A stretch of DNA of 64,000 nucleotides from an uncultured Armatimonadetes bacterium. Lineage in GTDB: Bacteria; Armatimonadota; Hebobacteria; Hebobacterales; Hebobacteraceae. The translations under genes were made by a program, and so were the position numbers. Below are positions 9,610 to 18,677 of the stretch, one piece after another. Position 1 is the stretch's first letter. Each line of letters opens with the position of its first letter. Below the pieces are notes generated by a model. It saw only the letters and a list, made by a program, of their open reading frames with translations. It was not told where the DNA came from and did no database searches. The stretch spans positions 2,112,001 through 2,176,000 of the forward strand of contig OY970296.1 of the NCBI GenBank assembly GCA_963716175.1, in the 5' to 3' direction.

Positions 9610-11083
9610 TTGCCCGCAAGAACGGATGCAGGTGGTGTTAGCGTGAGTTGCGGCGCTGTGGGCGCTACCGTACGCGGTGGCCGCTCGCCGCAGGTGGCGG
9701 ACTGCGGGGGCGGATGGACATGCGTGTGCATGGGACCCAGGCCAAGCGCCGGGCCAGGGGCTCCGGCGGGCCGGCGCATCGAGGTCTGGGCCGACCCGAA
9801 GAGCTGCGACTGCGAGAAGCCTGGCGATCCCTGCACCTGCCAGATGCACGAGCGAGCCTGGCAGGACAGCCAGCTACTGAAAGACGCGCAGTGGGAGGCT
9901 GGGGGCACGTGCCAGAAGGCCGGGGCCGCGGGCGGAGGAGGGGGCGGCGGCGCGGGTGGTGGCGGTGGTGGTATGGGCGGCGGTGGGGGCATGATGGGTG
10001 GTGGAGGGGGCATGGGAGCAGGTGCAGGTGGAGGGGGCGGTGGCGGGGGAACTGGCACGGGTGGCCGAGGGACTGGTGGTGGAGGCGGCTCGGGCGGCTG
10101 TCTGCCAAAGTCCGGGTGTAGACACGAGCAACACAGCGATGGCTGGTATGTGAGATGTCGCTGCAACGAGGGGGATAAGCGGTCGTGGCAATGCCTGTGC
10201 CCACATCCTGAAGACTGGATCAGCCCGGGCCAGGGGCGGGGAGGGTGGGCGCTCCCCGCGCTCCCGGAAAGCTGCAATGGCTGCCACGCGGCGGGAGATC
10301 CGTGCACCTGCCATTCTCTGGCTGATCCGCAAGCCGGGGCCGCTGGGCCAAGGACCCCCACACGTGGCCGACGAGAGAATCGTCACCGGTAAGTGCGTGC
10401 TCTGCGGAACAGGAGGTGGAGGAGGCGGAGGTGGCGGAGGAGGCGGAGAGGGAGGCGGGGCGGCATGTCCTCGTGCTCATGGCGAGGAGGAGTTCAAGCT
10501 AGGGCCCGGCGCGTCATGGACGGCGTGGTGGAAGTTCAGCAACGCTATCCGCCCATATCACCGTGCGCACTTGTCTTGGCCTGAGGGCCCGACGGTGCCT
10601 TTGGAGGACTGCTGGAACATGGACCTCCTGGCGGCCATGAACAGCTTCATTGAGCTCAACTGCAATCGCTTCCTCCAGAACGCTGTTGCGTTTATCGAGA
10701 ACCAACTGCAGCCTGGCCAGGCGCGCAACATACTCTCCATTGAGGCCGGAACTGGCCTGAACTGGCACACTGTGGGCAAGTGCTCAGGCTGGTTATTCAA
10801 CAACCAGCTCGGCAACAGCCTGCTCTTCGGTAGAGGATGTGCAAAGCTCACGGACGCGGGGTTTACCTTCGACTTCGTCTGGAATCTGGAGGACACATGG
10901 AAAGCGTTCGGGGGGTGGGAAGCGCTTCCCAACATCAGCTTCTTTGTCGATGCCAGGAAGCGCTGGACCTTTCATTGGCAGCGGGGCAAGTTCGGGGACC
11001 AGAGGTGCACCTTCGATCCTCCGCCGGCAACTACGTGCTACCCCACGTGTGATCCTGGGAGGCAGGCCAATTGCAGTATGTGA
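9610..11083 (+). CDS. Poly-Gly-linked Cys-rich repeat protein with unique C-terminal domain (one frameshift near 10315; candidate polymorphic toxin cassette)
   Basis: ORFs 9610-10392 and 10277-11083 join by removing one T at CATTCTC (10312-10318), giving Cys module A / Gly / module B / Gly / ~200-aa C-terminal domain. Start codon uncertain. Confidence 0.6.
9960..10035 (+). repeat. Direct repeat (Gly/Met linker), copy 1; copy 2 at 12334-12409
   Basis: 52 bp (9960-10011) identical to 12334-12385 and near-identical beyond. Encodes GGGGMGGGGGMMGGGGG. Confidence 0.9.
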
Positions 11084-12051
11084 GGCAGCAAGTCTCGCGG
11101 GCATTAGTGCAGTGCGGGGCTGCGGCTGCGGCACTGGCTGGAACCATCGTGGCAGCTCGGTACTTGGCTACCGGGAGCTGGGCTCCAAGAAGTCCCTGGG
11201 GTGTAGGGTCATTTCTGGTTGCGGAGCTCTTTCTGGCTCCGCTCGGCGGGTTGCTTGTGGCCGGCGGCGCGCTATGGCGCCTGTTTGGGAGCCGCGGGAG
11301 CAGAGGCCCGACGAGGGATAATGACGCGGACTCCGTGCGACGTACCATTCTACTGGTCGTAACGGTCATTGTAGCGTTGCTGTCTGCGCTGCTTTTTGCG
11401 GGAGCGCCTTACTTCGTCTCGGCGCCAGTGAATCCTGTGGTGCTGAGCTTGATGCTCGGCTTGGCAGCTTCCCTCTTCAGCGGTCTTGCGCTAGGTCTCA
11501 TCCTGCAGTGTAGGGAGGGCCATCGTGCCGGTTTTGGTGGCCTTGTGGCGGCGGCGACAGTCACAGGCGCGCTGCTCCCCCCAATGATCGTGGCACTTCT
11601 CGTAGCGAGAACTGCATTTCCATCAGCGTCACGTGCGTTCGAGTGGGGGCGGTATGGGTTCCGGCCTGCGGTGCAACTTAGGGACTTGGGCCCCATCACG
11701 CACAAGCTGAGGATGCGTTTCCCTCCAGGAACACGTGTTGCAGGAGGCGAGTTCATCGCTGGCCCAGGGGAGCATCTGTTCGGGAAAATCGAGATCCCAG
11801 CCGCGAGTATACGGCAGTTCCTGAATGGCCAGTCGTTCCAGTGGGGCTTCGCGCGCAAGGCGGCCGACGTTACCATGAATCTGCGTCCCGAGGTCCTGCG
11901 CGGCATCGCGGGTAAGACTCAGGTTGTCTACGCCGGAGCCAACACGCCGAGAGACACAGATTTGCTGTGGGTCGTGCTGTGCAGCGACAAGGGTAATGCG
12001 GTCCTGACGTACCTATGCTGGTGCCGAACAGACGAGGAGGCCGTGTGGTGA
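11071..12051 (+). CDS. Multi-pass membrane protein with soluble C-terminal domain (candidate immunity protein)
   Basis: About 5 hydrophobic segments followed by ~130 aa polar domain. Start overlaps the stop of the preceding ORF. Confidence 0.6.
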   Translation: MQYVRQQVSRALVQCGAAAAALAGTIVAARYLATGSWAPRSPWGVGSFLVAELFLAPLGGLLVAGGALWRLFGSRGSRGPTRDNDADSVRRTILLVVTVIVALLSALLFAGAPYFVSAPVNPVVLSLMLGLAASLFSGLALGLILQCREGHRAGFGGLVAAATVTGALLPPMIVALLVARTAFPSASRAFEWGRYGFRPAVQLRDLGPITHKLRMRFPPGTRVAGGEFIAGPGEHLFGKIEIPAASIRQFLNGQSFQWGFARKAADVTMNLRPEVLRGIAGKTQVVYAGANTPRDTDLLWVVLCSDKGNAVLTYLCWCRTDEEAVW

Positions 12052-12253
12052 CGGCGGCGCCGAGAAAGAGACGAGCTGCTGTTCGACCGAGAGGGCCTGT
12101 GTGGGCATGGGCAGACCTACTGTTCTCGCGGGGACCGGCAACCGTGGGAGACAGTAAGTCGGAGCTGGACACGGCCAGAGCGGCGCGATCACCGCTGACA
12201 AAGAGAACTCGCCCTTCGTCGGAGGCGGTGGGAGCGCGACTGCCGGAGAGGCG

Positions 12254-13194
12254 GTGGTGACCGCAGTGGTGGCGCAAGCCGGGCCATATGCGAGCCTGGG
12301 GCAGGGCGCTGGCATGGGCAGCGGCGGGATGTATGGCGGTGGTGGTATGGGCGGCGGTGGGGGCATGATGGGTGGTGGAGGGGGCCTGGGAGGAGGTGCA
12401 GGTGGAGGAGGTGGAGCAGGCGGTGGTGGCATGGGTGTTGACACGGGCGGAGGAGCAGGGGCCGGGGCTGATGGGGCCGGCGGGGGAGGCGCGGGTGGTC
12501 AGTGGCACGGGAATCTTAGCGTTCCTCCCTGGGCGGAAGGGTGCGGCTGGCCGAATGGACTGGTGGTGTGCCGGTGTCTGGACAGCGACGATTGGCTGTG
12601 CGTGGCCCGCAGCAAGGTGGGACCTCCCAGGGTGGGACCGGTTGGAGTCGCCCTGGGGATTCACAAGCAGAACTGGGTGGACAACCTGTTCTGCTCCTGC
12701 CGGGGCGAGGGCGACCTGTGCTGGGGGACCGAGCACCAGCGGGTGATCCAGGGGGGCAAGATCCTGAAGAACCGGAGCGAGCCGTTCGTGGGGCGGTGTG
12801 TGCGGCGCAGCACCTGGAGGCAAGGCGGCTGGGGCGGGGGCGCGGGCGGAGGGGGAGGTGCCGGTGGAGGGCGTGGCGCAGGTGGAGGTGGTGGCTTCGC
12901 CGGCGGAGGTGGAGGTGGCGGGGGCGGGGGTGGTGGCGGCGCAGGTGCGGGTGGAGGGGCAGGTGGCGGCGGAGGCGGGGGAGGTGCGTGTGTCTGGGGC
13001 CCAGGCCCAGCCCGGGGCCGGGGGCTCCGCCGAACGTGCGCTTCGAGATCTGGGCTGACCCGAAGAGCTGCGACTGCGAGAAGCCCGGCGACCCCTGCAC
13101 TTGCCAGGTGCACTGGCGGGTCTGGCAGGGCCAGCAGAAGATCAAAGATGCCCAGTGGGAGGCGCAGGGGCAGCGAGCCCTCTGGTCATGCTGA
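12254..13194 (+). pseudogene. Second poly-Gly / Cys-rich repeat ORF remnant, truncated by palindromic element
   Basis: Gly linker, module C, Gly linker, then module A' in another frame (shift near 12982). Homology to module A stops at about 13173, just before a REP-like element. Confidence 0.6.
12985..13164 (+). repeat. Diverged direct repeat of 9721-9900 (Cys module A)
   Basis: Both copies encode WADPKSCDCEKPGDPCTCQ...KDAQWEA, with many synonymous differences. Confidence 0.9.
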
Positions 13195-13312
13195 GCCCTT
13201 CGACTGCGCTCAGGGTGAACTCCGCGAAGCATCCCGTCTTCGGTGTCTGTGGAAATGCCGTGATCCCTTCGCTGCACTCAGGGCAGGCCCTTCGAGTACG
13301 CCTCAGGATGAC
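13185..13312. repeat. REP/MITE-like element with GTCAT(G/C)CTGAG terminal inverted repeats
   Basis: GTCATGCTGAG...CTCAGGATGAC ends with internal CCCTTCG...CTCAGGG hairpins. Half copy GGATCCTTCGCTCCGCTCAGGATGAC at 25681-25706. Confidence 0.75.
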
Positions 13313-13361
13313 AGACAACGCAAACCAAGACTTCGCGGTCATACCCCGGGTTGTTCGCGGT

Positions 13362-13390
13362 TTGACACAGGCCCGCTCCTCTGCTATATT
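13362..13390 (+). promoter_or_regulatory. Sigma70 promoter
   Basis: TTGACA-17 nt-TATATT with extended -10 TG. Confidence 0.75.
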
Positions 13391-13520
13391 GCGCTTGCTT
13401 CGACCCTGGCGAGGGGGGAAGCGGAACCCAGTGGGTTCTGGTCGTCAGTGTAGCGTTCTGCTGACGGCGGGTATGGCTGTGCCCGCCCTGCAGCACATCT
13501 CTGTGGCGAGGAGAGACTGG

Positions 13521-14225
13521 ATGAGGAAGGCCCGACTTTCACTGTTGGCCGCCCTGCTGCTGTTGGCAGTGGCGGCGGGGGCGGCGTGGGCCGGGGACAT
13601 TGTCACCGTGCCTACCGCCAACCAACTCAAGGCCGGCGAGGCGGATGTGGCGGCCTATTACATCTCGGTGGACCAGGGAGCGCTGATCGCGCCGCTGCGG
13701 CCTCTCGACATCGAGTTCGTGCGCGCCCAGACGCTCTATGTGGGACTGACCGACCGGGTGGAGCTGGATGTCCACCGGTATGATGTGGACAAGGTCGGCG
13801 CGCAGACCATCTTCAACTCTACTTTCATGATCCAGCCGGAGGATCTGACCCGCCCGATCGTGGTGATCGGCGGCCGCGATCTGTCGCAGGCCTACGGGCA
13901 CGCCTCCTACTTCATCTCCGCGGCCAAGACCCTGAACCCGCCGGTCGGCGGCCCGCCAACAATGCCCATCGTACGCCTTCACCTGAGCGTCGGAACCAAG
14001 GACGAGACGCTCTTCGGCGAGGAGCGGCACGAGGGGCTGTTCGGCGGCGTGCAGATGGTGCTCAAGCCGGTGGACCCGATGCTGGGGCTGATCGTCCTCT
14101 ATGATGGGCAGGACATCATCACCGGCCTCACTGTGGTCCCCGAGCCGGGCTGGCCCACCATCAAGGGCGGCACGTTCGGCGGCCACACCTGGGTCGGCAT
14201 CAGCTACACCTTCAACGCCAAGTAG
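13521..14225 (+). CDS. Secreted, probable outer-membrane beta-barrel protein (YjbH-like)
   Basis: Signal peptide ending AWA, VPTA motif, amphipathic strands, C-terminal GISYTF. AGGAG RBS. Confidence 0.6.
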   Translation: MRKARLSLLAALLLLAVAAGAAWAGDIVTVPTANQLKAGEADVAAYYISVDQGALIAPLRPLDIEFVRAQTLYVGLTDRVELDVHRYDVDKVGAQTIFNSTFMIQPEDLTRPIVVIGGRDLSQAYGHASYFISAAKTLNPPVGGPPTMPIVRLHLSVGTKDETLFGEERHEGLFGGVQMVLKPVDPMLGLIVLYDGQDIITGLTVVPEPGWPTIKGGTFGGHTWVGISYTFNAK

Positions 14226-14368
14226 CCGAGCGGCCGCAACTGAGGCAACCTGGTCTTCACTGCGTGGCTGCGTGAAGGCGTGCGAATCCGCCCAGGCGGA
14301 TTCACCTGGTACGAAGCGGCTCCGTCCGAAGCGGGGCCGCTTCGCCGCGATCGGGACACTGGAGCGAG

Positions 14369-14812
14369 CTATCGCGCCAGGATCATCCGCATCCCCACCG
14401 CCACCAGCGACATGCCCAGCAGCAGGCTCATGGAGCGCAGGCTGCCCGAGGGCATCATGCGCGCCGCCATCACCACCATGAACAGCGCGAACAGAATGCG
14501 CAAGGTGCTCTGCGGGAGGCGCTGGGCAATGTCCTGACCCAGATAGGCCGCGGGGATGGAGCCCACGGCCAGGGCCAACGCCCCTATCAGGTCGAGGTTG
14601 CCCTTCTTGAGGTAGCCCATCGCGCCCACCAGGGCCGTCGGCACCATCACCGCCAGGGACATGCCCTGCGCGACGTGCTGGGTGTAGCCGGCGATGAGGG
14701 TGAGGAAGGGGACCATGATGATCCCCCCGCCAACACCGAACAAACCGCTGAACACTCCAACCGCCACCCCCAGCAGCGCGTATGACCCATATCTCCACGG
14801 AATCGCCTTCAC
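14369..14812 (-). CDS. Sulfite exporter TauE/SafE family protein (half-size)
   Basis: GVFSGLFGVGGGIIMVP, QHVAQGMSL motifs. GTG start after GGAGG. TTGACA-18-TATACT upstream (14880-14909). Confidence 0.88.
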   Translation of the reverse strand: MKAIPWRYGSYALLGVAVGVFSGLFGVGGGIIMVPFLTLIAGYTQHVAQGMSLAVMVPTALVGAMGYLKKGNLDLIGALALAVGSIPAAYLGQDIAQRLPQSTLRILFALFMVVMAARMMPSGSLRSMSLLLGMSLVAVGMRMILAR

Positions 14813-14980
14813 CGCAGGCCTCCTACCTCTGCGCGCAGCGGACTGGCGCGAATCTCGGCGCATGCTGCGACCGCATGGCAGTATAGGCAGGACCTCCGCG
14901 GCCTGTCAACGAAGCGTTATCAGCACCGGCCGGCATGCAACGAGTCGGCGGTTCGCAGTTCCCCGGTGGGAGGTCAGCGC

Positions 14981-16558
14981 TTGTCTTTCCTCAACTGGTG
15001 CCTGGCAGCAGCGCCTATCGCGCTGGTCCTGGTGTTGATGGTCGGCTTCCGCTGGGGAGGCGCGAGGGCGGGCCCGGCAGGATGGTTCGCCGCGCTGATC
15101 ATCGGCGCCGCGGTCTACCAAGGCGGCCCGGAGTTGATCGCGTACTCCCAGCTCAAGGGAGTGCTCCTCACCCTCTATGTGCTCTACATCATCTGGATGG
15201 CGCTGGTGCTCTACCAGGTGGTGGAGACTGCGGGCGCGATCAAAGTGATCGGCAGCGGCATCGTACAACTCACCAGCGACCGGGTGCTGCAGCTGCTGAT
15301 CCTGGCCTGGGCGTTCAGCGCTTTCCTCCAGGGGGTAGCCGGGTTCGGGGTGCCCATCGCAGTGGTGGCGCCACTGCTGATAGGGCTGGGTTTCGACCCC
15401 GTGCTGGCGGTGGCCAGCACTGCCATCGGCCATTCCTGGTCCGTGACCTTTGGCGATATCGCCTCCTCCTTCAACGCTCTGATCGCCTCCAGCGGCCTGA
15501 CGGGAGAAGCCCTGGCGCCCTGGTCGGCGGCCTTGCTGGCCATCGCCTGCTTTGGCTGCGGCCTGGCTCCGGTCCACGCCTTCTCGGGTTGGCGCGGGCT
15601 GCGGCGAGGGGCGGCGGCGATTCTGATCATGGGGACGAGCATGGCCCTCACCCAGTATCTGCTGGCGACCCACCGGCTCTGGAACCTGGCCGGTTTCGTG
15701 GCGGGCCTGGTTGGGCTGGCCGTCGGCGTCCTCACCACCCGGCTGCCTATCTACCGGCGCCAGGCCGAAGTTGGAGCGGCAACCACTCCCGGCAAGCCGT
15801 CCCTTCCGCCGGCCATGGGGCTCTGGGTGGCGGTCTCGCCCTATCTGCTGCTGATCGCGATCGTCTCCGCGGCCGAGCTGTGGGGGCCGGCACACCACCT
15901 CCTTGACCAGGTCCAGGCGAGCGTGAGATTCCCTCAGACGGTCACCGGCCTCGGCTGGACCACGCCCGCCGGGCTTGGCAGGAAGATCAGCATCTTCGGG
16001 CACCCCGGGGCTCTGCTGGCGTACACCTCAGTCCTGGCCTATCTGATCTTCCGCGCCGCCGGGCATCTCGGCAGCCACCGTCTTCCCGGCATCTTGCACC
16101 GCACCCTACGGAGCGCCATCCCCTCGAGCATCGGCATCGCCTCCATGGTGGGCATGGCCATGATCATGGACCACTGCGGCATGACCTACACCCTGGCGCA
16201 GGGGTTGAGCAGCGTGCTGGGCGGGTTGTTCCCGTTCCTGTCACCGTTCATCGGCCTGCTGGGGGCGTTCATGACCGGGAGCAACACCAACTCGAACGTG
16301 GTCTTCGCTCCTCTCCAGAAGAGCACCGCCGGCCTGGTTGGGATCAGCGCGCTGGTGATCCTGGGCGCGCAGACCACCGGCGGCGCGCTGGGCAGCATGC
16401 TGGCCCCGGCGAAGGTAATCGTGGGATGCAGCACCACCGGTCTTGCGGGACAGGAAGGCAGGGTGATGCGGATCACGGTGCTGTACGGTCTGCTGCTCAC
16501 CGCGGTGATCGGTGCAGCAACCTGGCTCGCGGTTCTCCTGCAGGGATCTGGAGGGTGA
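14981..16558 (+). CDS. lctP: L-lactate permease family transporter
   Basis: AFLQGVAGFGVPIAV, GAFMTGSNTNSNVVF, QTTGG motifs. Many TM helices. Confidence 0.9.
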   Translation: MSFLNWCLAAAPIALVLVLMVGFRWGGARAGPAGWFAALIIGAAVYQGGPELIAYSQLKGVLLTLYVLYIIWMALVLYQVVETAGAIKVIGSGIVQLTSDRVLQLLILAWAFSAFLQGVAGFGVPIAVVAPLLIGLGFDPVLAVASTAIGHSWSVTFGDIASSFNALIASSGLTGEALAPWSAALLAIACFGCGLAPVHAFSGWRGLRRGAAAILIMGTSMALTQYLLATHRLWNLAGFVAGLVGLAVGVLTTRLPIYRRQAEVGAATTPGKPSLPPAMGLWVAVSPYLLLIAIVSAAELWGPAHHLLDQVQASVRFPQTVTGLGWTTPAGLGRKISIFGHPGALLAYTSVLAYLIFRAAGHLGSHRLPGILHRTLRSAIPSSIGIASMVGMAMIMDHCGMTYTLAQGLSSVLGGLFPFLSPFIGLLGAFMTGSNTNSNVVFAPLQKSTAGLVGISALVILGAQTTGGALGSMLAPAKVIVGCSTTGLAGQEGRVMRITVLYGLLLTAVIGAATWLAVLLQGSGG

Positions 16559-16752
16559 AGGTGTGTGCAGAGCAGACAGGAACGCCGTTCCGGCGCCGTC
16601 ACCGGCTGGCCGGCCAGTCAGTCGCCTTCGTGATCATGATCGCGGCGCCAGTGGAGATGTATCTGGCCGCCGAGGCCGGCACTGTCGGCTGGCTGCTAGC
16701 TGGGGTGGGGGCGATGGCGGCGAGCATGGTCCTGGCGATGTGGTCCAGCTAG
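16555..16752 (+). CDS. Small two-TM membrane protein
   Basis: GTGA overlap with the permease stop. Two hydrophobic segments. Confidence 0.5.
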   Translation: MKVCAEQTGTPFRRRHRLAGQSVAFVIMIAAPVEMYLAAEAGTVGWLLAGVGAMAASMVLAMWSS

Positions 16753-16907
16753 CCGGGTGAGGTCCACTCGCCGTTCCGGAGAGCAGGACCATTGTCTCCA
16801 TCGCGACCAGAAGCGAGCAAGAGGTAGAAGGAAATCGCTGGCGGGAACTGGAATCAGGGGGTGATTGTTGGACGAGGATGCGCTAGCAAGCCGCAAGGGG
16901 GAAGAGC

Positions 16908-17147
16908 ATGGGAAAGGTACTATCCATTCTCATCGGGCTGATCCTGATCGCGCTGGGCGTCTGGGGGGTCATGGCCTGGTCTGACGACGTGCTCGCCTTC
17001 GTCAAGGGGGCGATTGTGATCATGGCGATCATCATCGGCCTGGGGATCTTCGTGTTTGGCATCAGCGAGCTGCGGGCAGGTGGGGAGGAGCCAACGGTGA
17101 TGGAAGCCCCCTCCCCTCCGGAGGGCCCGGCGCAGCCGAGCGCCTGA
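16908..17147 (+). CDS. Small two-TM membrane protein
   Basis: Two strong TM segments, acidic/Pro tail, purine-rich RBS. Confidence 0.7.
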   Translation: MGKVLSILIGLILIALGVWGVMAWSDDVLAFVKGAIVIMAIIIGLGIFVFGISELRAGGEEPTVMEAPSPPEGPAQPSA

Positions 17148-17241
17148 TGAAACTGCGGCGAGCGGAACTCCGCTCGCCGCAGTGCTATCTCAGCGCTCAC
17201 ATGAGGCCAAGGCGCGCTTCCTGTCACCCCCAGGCCGACCG

Positions 17242-17601
17242 CTACCCCTCCGCTGCTGCTTTCGCCGCCGCCACCACCTGATCGAAGCTGGCCCGATCGC
17301 GCACCGCCAGCTCGGCCAGGCTGCGGCGGTCGAGAGTGATGCCGGCCTCTCTCGCCGCCTGCATGAAACGGCTGTAGCTCAATCCTTGCTCGCGCACCGC
17401 GGCATTGATGCGAGCGATCCAGAGCTTGCGGAACTCGCGCTTGCGCACCCTGCGATCACGGTAGGCATATCGCTTGGCGCGGGCCAGCGTCTCCTTCGCC
17501 GAGCGGAAAAGCCGGTGACGGCCCCCGACGAATCCGCTCGCCTCCTTGAGCACCGCCTTGTGCCGCCTATGGGCGATGGTTCCGCGTTTCACACGTGGCA
17601 T
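17242..17601 (-). CDS. rplT: 50S ribosomal protein L20
   Basis: MPRVKRG...[23 protein letters not shown]. Confidence 0.98.
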   Translation of the reverse strand: MPRVKRGTIAHRRHKAVLKEASGFVGGRHRLFRSAKETLARAKRYAYRDRRVRKREFRKLWIARINAAVREQGLSYSRFMQAAREAGITLDRRSLAELAVRDRASFDQVVAAAKAAAEG

Positions 17602-17611
17602 GCGCTACTCC

Positions 17612-17851
17612 TCATCGGGGCGGGACCAACCGCTCGAACTGCTTGCGGTCCGCCGCCGACACCAATCCCGGTCGGCGCAGCCGCCGCTTCCTGGCCGCGC
17701 TCTTGCGGGTTAGGAGGTGGCTCTTGAAGGCATGGCGGATCCGGAGCTGACCGGTGGCGGTGCGCCTAACCCGCTTCGCCGCTGTCTTCTGCGTCTTCAT
17801 TTTGGCGGAGCGGTTGCTCGACTGGTTTTTGCTGGACTTGCGCTTGGACAT
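17612..17851 (-). CDS. rpmI: 50S ribosomal protein L35 (start may be ATG at 17800)
   Basis: KMKTQKTAAKRV..TATG...HLLTRKS..RKRRLR. Lies between infC and rplT. Confidence 0.93.
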   Translation of the reverse strand: MSKRKSSKNQSSNRSAKMKTQKTAAKRVRRTATGQLRIRHAFKSHLLTRKSAARKRRLRRPGLVSAADRKQFERLVPPR

Positions 17852-18462
17852 CCGGCACCGCCTTTGCTGGTTGGGTGGGGGCGGCCGCTGCCTCCACGAC
17901 CGGGGCCTCCCTGGGGGGAGCGCTGGGCTTCACCGGGGCGGGAGGCCTGGCATGAGGCTTCGGCGCCAACATCATATTCATCATGCGACCCTCGAACCGA
18001 GGGGGCATCTCGAGTCAGCGCGACATCGGCCAGGTGCTCGGCGACCTGGTTGAGAAGCCGGCTGCCCAGTTCCGGGTGGCTCACCTCTCGGCCACGGAAG
18101 CGCAAGTTGATGCGAACCTTGTTGCCGTCCCCCAGCAGCTCGCGCAGCTTGCGCAGCTTGATCTCAAGGTCGTGCGGCCCGATCTGGGGCTTCAGCCGCA
18201 GCAATCGCACCTCGGTGGGCTTGCTGCGCTTGTGGGCCTCTCGCTCCCGCTTGGCCTGCTGGTACTTGTGCTTCCCATAGTCCATAATCCGGCAGACCGG
18301 GGGCTGCGCGTTGGGCGCCACTTCGATCAGGTCGAGTTCTCGCTCGCGGGCGACCCGCAGCGCCTCGCGAGTCGCCATGATCCCCAGTTGCGCGCCGTTC
18401 TCGTCAATCAGGCGCACTTCCCGAGCGCGGATGCGCTCATTCACCCTAACCTCACGTTCGAT
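17766..18462 (-). CDS. infC: Translation initiation factor IF-3 (ATC start; frameshift near 18015)
   Basis: NERIRAREVRLID, PPVCRIMDYGK, RFRGRE; continues as PRFEGRMMNMMLAP in another frame. In-frame ATC 8 nt after GGAGGTG. Confidence 0.95.
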
Positions 18463-18482
18463 CTTTCGCTCACCTCCGCCAC

Positions 18483-18569
18483 AAAAAACCGACGTGCCCG
18501 AGAATCCGAGAAGCCGGCCACGAGCCCGTCATGGTGCCTGAATATAGCAAACCGAGAGGCCCGTGTCAA
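18483..18569 (-). promoter_or_regulatory. infC operon promoter and terminator-like leader (L20-leader position)
   Basis: TTGACA-17-TATATT (18569-18541), then a G-U-rich hairpin ending in TTTTTT just before the RBS. Confidence 0.65.
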
Positions 18570-18677
18570 CGGCGACTTTGGCTCACTGTGACCAGAGGCC
18601 TCCCTTTCTGCGCGGCGGGGGAGGAACCCCGCCTGGCTGCGATGAAATAGCTGCCCAGACCAGGAACGGGAGGCAAG

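Noticed and set aside
9721-13164. DGR template/variable repeat pair
   Set aside because: Differences between the copies are not adenine-specific and are largely synonymous. No reverse transcriptase is in the window.
9610-13194. RiPP multi-core precursor cluster
   Set aside because: No radical SAM, YcaO, Lan, peptidase or exporter gene is adjacent, and the modules are domain-sized.
9510-13277. Minus-strand poly-proline ORFs (9510-10361, 12013-12444, 12661-13113)
   Set aside because: Antisense shadows of Gly codon runs. The conserved Cys modules and flanking genes are on the plus strand.
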